A stretch of 64,000 nucleotides of DNA from Clostridia bacterium (GTDB lineage Bacteria > Bacillota > Clostridia > Oscillospirales > CAG-272). The notes below the pieces were generated by a model that was not told the DNA's origin, made no database searches, and was given only the letters and a program-made list of their open reading frames with translations. Location: positions 65,874-129,873 of the forward strand of contig JAFQDC010000072.1 of NCBI GenBank assembly GCA_017416205.1, written 5' to 3'. This document shows, in pieces, positions 58,018 through 64,000 of this stretch (position 1 is the first letter of the stretch; each line of letters begins with the position of its first letter). The position numbers and the translations under genes were made by a program.

Positions 58018-60588
58018 TCAGTCAGCAAATTCAACTTCCCAGATACGGTCAAGGGGAGAAGAATAGGGGTTCATATCGTCCTCTGCGGGAAGGCTGTCAG
58101 AGCTGATAACCTTGGAGTTGTAAGCATAGAGAACGCTTCTCTGGTATACGGGGAGCTCGATAGCAAGGTCGAGGATCTCGCCCATTGCTTCCATATAAAG
58201 CTCGCTTCTTTCTTCCTGATCGTTTGTCTCACGAGCCTCGTCGATAAGCTCGGAGAGATCGTCGAGGATCTTAAGCTCTTCGCTTGTACCGCTGGTCTTA
58301 AGGTAGTTATAACCCCATGCGAGAGTACTTGTTGCAGTGGAATCCTTGTGGTATACCTGATAGAGGTCAGGGTCAAGAGCGCTGGACCAAGCAGCAGCCC
58401 AAACCTCAAGAGAACCTGTATTGATCTTTGTAAGTGCCTGAGTGTCGCAAACTACTTCAACGTCCCAACCCATATCGTTGAGAAGAGCAGCCGCGTCACG
58501 GAATACCTTGTATGTGGGGTGATCCTGGAGAGAGGAGCCTGCGATAGTGAACTTAACCTTAAGGTCGGAGTCACCCTCGGAAACGCCTGCCTCCTGCATA
58601 TATTTTTCGATATTTGCTTTTGCGATATCTTCGCTCCATGCGCCGAGAGGAGGATAATCCTTGCCGTTGTCTGTTGCGTCAGCGCCCTGAGGATAAGCCC
58701 AGCTTACCTTGGACATAGGCCAGAAGATCTGCTCTGCAGTACCTGCGCGGTAGTAGTCGAGAGCGAGAGATGTGTTCATTGCGCACATGATAGCCTTACG
58801 AAGGTTGATATCATTTACCTTTGCGGAGTTGATACCGATATAACCGTAACCGAGCTGATCTGTGGAGAGGGTAACCATACCCTTGGAGCCGAGCTTCTCG
58901 AGCTTTTCGTAGTTATCTGTTGTAAGAGCGGGGGAGATGTAGTGAACGTTACCTTCCTCGAGAGAAGCGATAGCGTTCTGAGAGGATACTACCTGATAGC
59001 GGATCTTTTCGATCTTAGCGTTTTCAAGCTCTGCGCCAACTGTTTCGAAGTTCTCGTTAGCCTTGAAGTAAACAACGTTGTTTGTGTAGAAAGCGCTTTC
59101 GGAGGGAGAATCGGAGTTCTTTGTGTCAGTTGCCTTGTATGCACCTGCGCCCATGGGGATCTTGATGTTTCTTGTGGACTGGATGATATCTGTCATGAAG
59201 TCAAAGCTTGCGAACTCAACGCCGAACTTATTGTTCTCGATATCAACGCCAACCTTTGAACCCTCGCCGTAGTAGTGCTGAGGAGCGATGGTAAGAGCGA
59301 AGTTCCAGATAGCCTTGGGGTCGATGCCGTCGATTGTGATGGAGAGAACGTCGTACTCGCCCTCTGCCTTAACTGTACCGTCGTCATTGTGAGCGGAAGC
59401 GATTGTGTACTCTGTGCCGTTTACAGTGATCTTCTCGCCAGCCTTATCTGTGTGGCCGAGAGAAACGATACCGGAGATTGAGGGAACAGCAAGTGTACCG
59501 TCATCGGAAACGTTTTCGTGAAGGATAACTTCCTTAGCCTTAGCTGTGAACTCTGTTGTAAGAGTGTTAGCTGTTGCCCAGTACTGGAGAATGATGTTAA
59601 GCTCTCGAGCGATCTTATCGTTGAAGATGTAGTCGATAGCCTTTTCCTTGGAGTCGATGGAGGAGGGGTAAGCAGGAGTGAGCTCCTTGATCTTTGTACG
59701 GTCGATCTTACCGTCTTCGCCTTCCTCGTACTCTACCTCAACGTAGCCCTCTGTGTACATGAAGCAGAAGATCTCGTCCTTGAATTCCTCATAGGACTTG
59801 TAGGGCTCGTCGATGTAGGATTCCTGTGCGCCGAGGTAGTCGTTTTCAAGCTCTTCCTTGAAAAGCTTGAGAGCGTACTCGTAGTCAGCGAGAAGGTCCT
59901 TTTCTGTAACGCTGTCAGCGTCGTTGGAGATAGCAGCCTTGTATCCGGAGCTTACGGAGTGACCCTTGATAGCGTCAACCATAGCGTCGTAGCCAACTTC
60001 CTTTGTGGAGGAAGCCTTGAGCTCGGAGTTGAAGAGGTTTACAAGCTCGTTGAGACGAGCGGAGGCACGGTTGGATGCCTGAGAGGAGATAAGGTCGTCA
60101 GAGTCGTCACTTGCAGAACCTACAGTCTGAGTTCTGTACTCAGAAAGACCGAGGATGTCTGTGGAGTAAAGAGTGTTTGAGCCTGTGTAAACGGGGTCAA
60201 GATATACGTAGTAGTTGAAGAGGATATCTTCCATTGTAAGAGCTTCGCCGTCAGAGAACTTGATGCCGTTCTTGATTACGAAGTTATATGTTGTTGTATC
60301 GTCGTCGTTTTCAACGATCTCGTAGTCCTTAACGACTACTGCTTCGTTCTCACCGTATGCTACCTGAACCTTGCCGTCCTTATAGGTAGCACCGAGCATG
60401 CTTACCTGAGTCATGCTGACGATAGTTCCGTCAGGAGCGGATGTGTAGAAGAAGGGGTTAAAGAGTCCGTCGAGCTGCTCTGTCATAATAACGAAAGCAT
60501 CGGCGGAGCTGCCTGTGCATCCTGTAAGGGAGGATACCATACCTACGCACATAGCGCAGATAAGCAAAAGTGAAATAAGCTTTTTCAT
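58018..60588 (-). CDS. oversized (856 aa) family-5 ABC substrate-binding lipoprotein
   Basis: It has the lipobox SLTGC. The N- and C-terminal parts resemble peptide/nickel SBPs (LFNPFFYTSAPDG..., ...WAAAWSSALDPD). It is roughly 300 aa longer than typical OppA/DppA proteins. The RBS is AAGGAG. Confidence 0.85.
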   Translation of the reverse strand: MKKLISLLLICAMCVGMVSSLTGCTGSSADAFVIMTEQLDGLFNPFFYTSAPDGTIVSMTQVSMLGATYKDGKVQVAYGENEAVVVKDYEIVENDDDTTTYNFVIKNGIKFSDGEALTMEDILFNYYVYLDPVYTGSNTLYSTDILGLSEYRTQTVGSASDDSDDLISSQASNRASARLNELVNLFNSELKASSTKEVGYDAMVDAIKGHSVSSGYKAAISNDADSVTEKDLLADYEYALKLFKEELENDYLGAQESYIDEPYKSYEEFKDEIFCFMYTEGYVEVEYEEGEDGKIDRTKIKELTPAYPSSIDSKEKAIDYIFNDKIARELNIILQYWATANTLTTEFTAKAKEVILHENVSDDGTLAVPSISGIVSLGHTDKAGEKITVNGTEYTIASAHNDDGTVKAEGEYDVLSITIDGIDPKAIWNFALTIAPQHYYGEGSKVGVDIENNKFGVEFASFDFMTDIIQSTRNIKIPMGAGAYKATDTKNSDSPSESAFYTNNVVYFKANENFETVGAELENAKIEKIRYQVVSSQNAIASLEEGNVHYISPALTTDNYEKLEKLGSKGMVTLSTDQLGYGYIGINSAKVNDINLRKAIMCAMNTSLALDYYRAGTAEQIFWPMSKVSWAYPQGADATDNGKDYPPLGAWSEDIAKANIEKYMQEAGVSEGDSDLKVKFTIAGSSLQDHPTYKVFRDAAALLNDMGWDVEVVCDTQALTKINTGSLEVWAAAWSSALDPDLYQVYHKDSTATSTLAWGYNYLKTSGTSEELKILDDLSELIDEARETNDQEERSELYMEAMGEILDLAIELPVYQRSVLYAYNSKVISSDSLPAEDDMNPYSSPLDRIWEVEFAD

Positions 60589-60625
60589 TTTTTCTCTCCT
60601 TTATAATATATATGTAGAATTTTGC

Positions 60626-61954
60626 TTATTCTTTTTCAGAAACGGTCACTGTGTTACCGTTTGTGGTGACTATTATCTTATCGGGCTCATCGCCTGCAGA
60701 CTGTGCCTTGATATCGGCTGCAGCGATGACGGAGGGGTCACCCATACCGCAAACAAGGCCGATGGAATAGTCATCAACGCCGAAATAGCAGGAGGAGTCG
60801 ATCTTGAGTGTACTTGTCTTGATCGCTACGTTAGTGATCTTTGCCTCATTTGAGAGAGTACCTGCGAAGAGGCCGAAGCTTGAGCCTACTACACGTGTAC
60901 CGCCCTTAACGGTGAAGGTAACGTTTTCGAAGGTAAGGTCGGAGATCTTTGCGCTTTCGGTGATATTACCGAAGAGACCGGAATTGACCTTTGAGTTGTT
61001 GGTCTGGGTAGCTTCGATATTCTTCATGGTGTGGCCGTTTCCGCGGATCTCTCCGGTGAAGTTGCCGTACATGAATGAAGTGGGCCAGATCTCATCTGCA
61101 AAGTCAAGGTCCGCAAGGATCTCGTAGTTTCCGTTGACGCTTGCGTTGTCGAGGAACTGCTCTGTGTTATAGATGCGGAACCATTCGCCCTCAGTCCAGT
61201 CAACGTAGAGCTTCATAACGTGGTCCTTTGCCGTACCGGTTTCGTAGTCGATAACGCCGGTATGGAGGAAGGACTCGTCAGAAAGCTTTTCTGTAAGATC
61301 GCTGTCAAGGAATGCTTCGTTGAACGTATATCCCTTTCTTTCGGGGAAGTCATACATTTCTATAGCGCCTGTTTCCTCGTCCCATGCGGGAAGCTTGATG
61401 CTTTCAACCACCGTGGGGTCGAAGACGTAATTGGAAAGAAGCTCTCCGCTGTCAGCGGCGTAGAACTCTATCTCAAAGAGGGGAACCCATGCAGCGTAAA
61501 GAGTAAGCACGGGCTTATCTGCGGAATGCTCCTTTGCGGGGTCGACCGCAAGGGTATCCTTTTCGAAATCCCATTTATCGGAGTAGGAATAGGTGGGATT
61601 TCCGTCTGAGTCCTTGCCGGTCTCAGTACGCTCAGCGTACCAGCCTGCAAGGAAATAACCGTTTTTGATTGCCTTGAATGCATCGTTGCCACGATTCTTG
61701 TCATCGGGAGAGATGAGATGTATCTCACAGTCTCCGTCAGAATTCTTGTCCATATTTGCAATGTTGAAGGAGTCAACGATCACGTAGGTATTGGTAGTGA
61801 AGACGCCTCCGTTAGCGTCATACTTGACGCTAACGGTATAGTCCTCAGAGTTATTGATCTCATAGGGGGATCTTTCAAGGGCACAGCCTGTTGTGAAGGC
61901 GATGGCTGCTACTGTAAGCAGAGCCAGGAGTGCAATTCTGATCTTCTTATTCAT
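60626..61954 (-). CDS. surface lipoprotein with two Listeria-Bacteroides (InlB B-type) repeats and a beta-helix/GLUG-like C-terminal region
   Basis: It has the lipobox FTTGC. The repeats are YTVSVKYDANGG...GYFLAGWY...LTLYAAW and ...KGYTFNEAFLD...MKLYVDW, followed by GNFTGEIRGNGHTMKNI...SGLFGNI. The start was trimmed to ATG 61954, overlapping the upstream stop by 8 nt (ATGAATAA). Confidence 0.55.
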   Translation of the reverse strand: MNKKIRIALLALLTVAAIAFTTGCALERSPYEINNSEDYTVSVKYDANGGVFTTNTYVIVDSFNIANMDKNSDGDCEIHLISPDDKNRGNDAFKAIKNGYFLAGWYAERTETGKDSDGNPTYSYSDKWDFEKDTLAVDPAKEHSADKPVLTLYAAWVPLFEIEFYAADSGELLSNYVFDPTVVESIKLPAWDEETGAIEMYDFPERKGYTFNEAFLDSDLTEKLSDESFLHTGVIDYETGTAKDHVMKLYVDWTEGEWFRIYNTEQFLDNASVNGNYEILADLDFADEIWPTSFMYGNFTGEIRGNGHTMKNIEATQTNNSKVNSGLFGNITESAKISDLTFENVTFTVKGGTRVVGSSFGLFAGTLSNEAKITNVAIKTSTLKIDSSCYFGVDDYSIGLVCGMGDPSVIAAADIKAQSAGDEPDKIIVTTNGNTVTVSEKE

Positions 61955-64000
61955 TACAGTCTCCTTCTTCCTTCTCTTCTTCTGTTGTTTCTTCTGAAGC
62001 CGCTTCTGCAGCTTCCTTGACAGCCTCATCAGTCTTCTTTTCGGAGGGCTTCTTTGCCTTTTCCTTAAGAGACTTAACGAAAGCCATGAGCTTTTCGCGA
62101 TTCTTGTAACCGAAGAAGCTGAGCGCGGCAACGGCTGCAAGAGCCACTACTATAATAATGATAGAAATGATGATGCCGTCACCGTTTGTCTTTTTGTCCT
62201 CAGACTGATCATCCTTCTTGTTATCTTCCTTCTCGGCAGCCTCGAGAGCCTTGATACGCTGCTCTGCGCTTACCAGGTCGGAGTAGTTATTAACGAGAGC
62301 CTTCTGCTCGAGAGTTGCGATCTTTTCGTAAGCCTCTCTTGCGCTCTCAACGAGGGCCTTATCATTTGCTGAAACTCTTTCGGGGATAGCCTTGATAGCC
62401 TTGATAGCTTCAACGCTTGTCTTGTCGGGGGCTGCGGGACCGTCGATGCGGAGATCGAAGTACTGATCGCAGATGAATGAGTCATAGCACTCGCCGTTAA
62501 CGGGCTTGACCATTGTGATCTTATCCTCAACGTAGCCTACGTAGTCAACGAAGTTCGCGCCGTAGAATACGTTGGAGTACATACCGCCGGTAGCGTTCCA
62601 CATAAAGAAGGGAACGATCTCGAGAGGAGCGATGGTAACCTCGTTACCGTCGAAGTCCTCGTAGCTTCCGAAGTCTCCGGAGCCGGGGATGTTTTCGAGG
62701 CTACCGTAATGCTGGGGATCAAATTCTTCTTCGAACACGGGAACCGTGTAGCTTCCGAAGATCACCATATCAAGCTTTTCGCAAGCGTAGAACGCTTTGT
62801 GGCCGATAGATGTTGTAAAGAAGGGAAGCTTTACTCTGACAACGTCGCTTCCTGCGAATGCAAGAGCGGAGATACGTGTTGTATCCTCTGCAACTGCAAC
62901 GTCCGTAGTCTCAATACCTGCAAAGGTGATAAGCTCAAGACCTGCATTTGTCTTGCAGTAGAGTGAGCCGTCAATAACGGATACAGTGTCGGAAAGCTCG
63001 AAGGTGTAATTCTTAACTTCCTTTTCTGTTCCCTTGTTTTTGTCCTTTTCGATAACAGTTTCGAAGAAGGGCTCTACCTTACACATTGCGAAGGGGTTGT
63101 CGGAGAGCTTTTCAAGGTCCTCGCCGAGAGTTACCTTGAAGGGAGTGAGCTCTTCCTTCATGAAGGCGTTCTTTCCGATCACTGTAGCACCGCTAAGATC
63201 AGCCTCAGTGATAGCGTCGTATGCGAAGGCATAGTCGCCGATCTCGGATACGAACTTAAGGTTTTCAAGTGTTGCGAGAGGATCACAGTAGGAGAATGCG
63301 CCCTCGCCGATAACTGTTTCTTCCTCGGAGAACTTAACAGTGCCAAGGAGTCTATTGGAAACGAATGCGTACTTGCCGATCTCTTCGCTTCCGGAGATAT
63401 CTACCTTTTCAAGGCCGCACTCCATAAATGCGTACTCACCGATCTTTTCAACTGCTGTAAGGTTGATGTTCTTAAGAGCGTCGCAGCCTGCGAAAGCGTA
63501 CTGAGGAATCTCCTTGATCTCGGGACTCAGAACAACGTCCTTAAGGAGTCTGCAGTAGGAGAATGCATATTCTCCGATGCTTTCAGCGCTTGAAATGTCA
63601 ATGCTTGTGAGCTTGGGGCCGTGGTAGGAGTATCTGTACATACCGTCGCTTGTAACGTCGGCGATAGTCATATCCTGGTCCTTGCAGGAGTAGTAAACGT
63701 CACCGCTTATAGCGTAGTCACCGATCTTTTTAACCTTGGAGAGGTCGATGGACTTAAGGCTTGAGGTATTGTAGAATGCCATCTTTTCGATAACAGCGCC
63801 CTCGCCGAGGGTAACTGCCTCAAGGCTTGCGGCATTAGCAAATGCGTTTTCGCCGATAACGGCATTCTTACCGATGGTAAGAGAAGTAATGGGAGAGAAG
63901 AAAGTGTAGCGGAAGAGCTTCTTTTCGCCTTCCTTATATTCCTCTACCTTGAATGCGTTGTCCTTATTAAGGCTGAATGCGAACTTACCGATCTCGCAGT
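61947..64000 (-). CDS. BspA-type leucine-rich-repeat surface protein, C-terminal TM anchor (5' end outside window)
   Basis: It has repeating IGxYAFxxCxxLxxV/I units, and the frame stays open to the window edge (translation continues CEIGKFAFSLNKDN...). The C-terminus has a TM helix (IIISIIIIVVALAAVAALSFFGY) and a Lys/Glu-rich cytoplasmic tail. Confidence 0.7.
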   Translation of the reverse strand, partial: CEIGKFAFSLNKDNAFKVEEYKEGEKKLFRYTFFSPITSLTIGKNAVIGENAFANAASLEAVTLGEGAVIEKMAFYNTSSLKSIDLSKVKKIGDYAISGDVYYSCKDQDMTIADVTSDGMYRYSYHGPKLTSIDISSAESIGEYAFSYCRLLKDVVLSPEIKEIPQYAFAGCDALKNINLTAVEKIGEYAFMECGLEKVDISGSEEIGKYAFVSNRLLGTVKFSEEETVIGEGAFSYCDPLATLENLKFVSEIGDYAFAYDAITEADLSGATVIGKNAFMKEELTPFKVTLGEDLEKLSDNPFAMCKVEPFFETVIEKDKNKGTEKEVKNYTFELSDTVSVIDGSLYCKTNAGLELITFAGIETTDVAVAEDTTRISALAFAGSDVVRVKLPFFTTSIGHKAFYACEKLDMVIFGSYTVPVFEEEFDPQHYGSLENIPGSGDFGSYEDFDGNEVTIAPLEIVPFFMWNATGGMYSNVFYGANFVDYVGYVEDKITMVKPVNGECYDSFICDQYFDLRIDGPAAPDKTSVEAIKAIKAIPERVSANDKALVESAREAYEKIATLEQKALVNNYSDLVSAEQRIKALEAAEKEDNKKDDQSEDKKTNGDGIIISIIIIVVALAAVAALSFFGYKNREKLMAFVKSLKEKAKKPSEKKTDEAVKEAAEAASEETTEEEKEEGDCNE

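Noticed and set aside
1-64000. Search for defence systems, toxin-antitoxin pairs, restriction-modification, prophage, integrases, transposases, rRNA and tRNA
   Set aside because: No nuclease/helicase/methylase combinations, recombinases, capsid or terminase motifs, or cloverleaf-forming intergenic segments were recognised. The only nuclease-like accessory gene is the 96-aa GIY-YIG protein, discussed above.

Overview
This 64-kb chromosomal window reads like a Clostridia-class Firmicute. That is an inference from gene content and synteny (mreC-mreD-PBP2, cmk-plsC-ispH::S1 fusion, miaB-ymcA-mutS-mutL-tgt, luxS-mtnN); no database search was possible. I call about 60 protein genes, one lysine riboswitch, several intrinsic terminators and at least four families of short palindromic intergenic repeats. 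I see no rRNA, tRNA, CRISPR array, transposase, integrase, phage gene, or recognisable defence or toxin gene. Positions 1-34 kb and 37.8-43.7 kb are mostly housekeeping genes: cell-shape genes, nth, prmC, leuA/cimA, bioY, a VTC/DUF4956/Cthe_2159 triad, isoprenoid and S1, mismatch repair, tgt, miaB, AI-2/methyl cycle and trpS. Three regions deserve a second look. (1) 44.5-64 kb is a roughly 19.5-kb co-directional minus-strand gene train. It links adhesin-like proteins, an Opp-type ABC importer with an oversized binding protein, and seven uncharacterised surface or membrane proteins. Those proteins share shuffled modules: an N-terminal beta-sandwich, two TlpA-like CXXC thioredoxin domains, and a recurring Cys-pair module I cannot assign to any family. 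This is my best candidate for an undescribed system. (2) 4.16-5.0 kb holds a small GIY-YIG nuclease gene nested inside an inverted pair of REP-like elements, next to an apparently empty copy of the same pair. (3) 34.1-37.85 kb is an AT-rich island of five small membrane-anchored proteins bounded by mosaic repeats, including a 189-bp element with 29-bp terminal inverted repeats. All family names come from motifs recognised by eye and need HMM or structure confirmation. Start codons were trimmed from the ORF track where an upstream gene or a ribosome-binding site argued for it.
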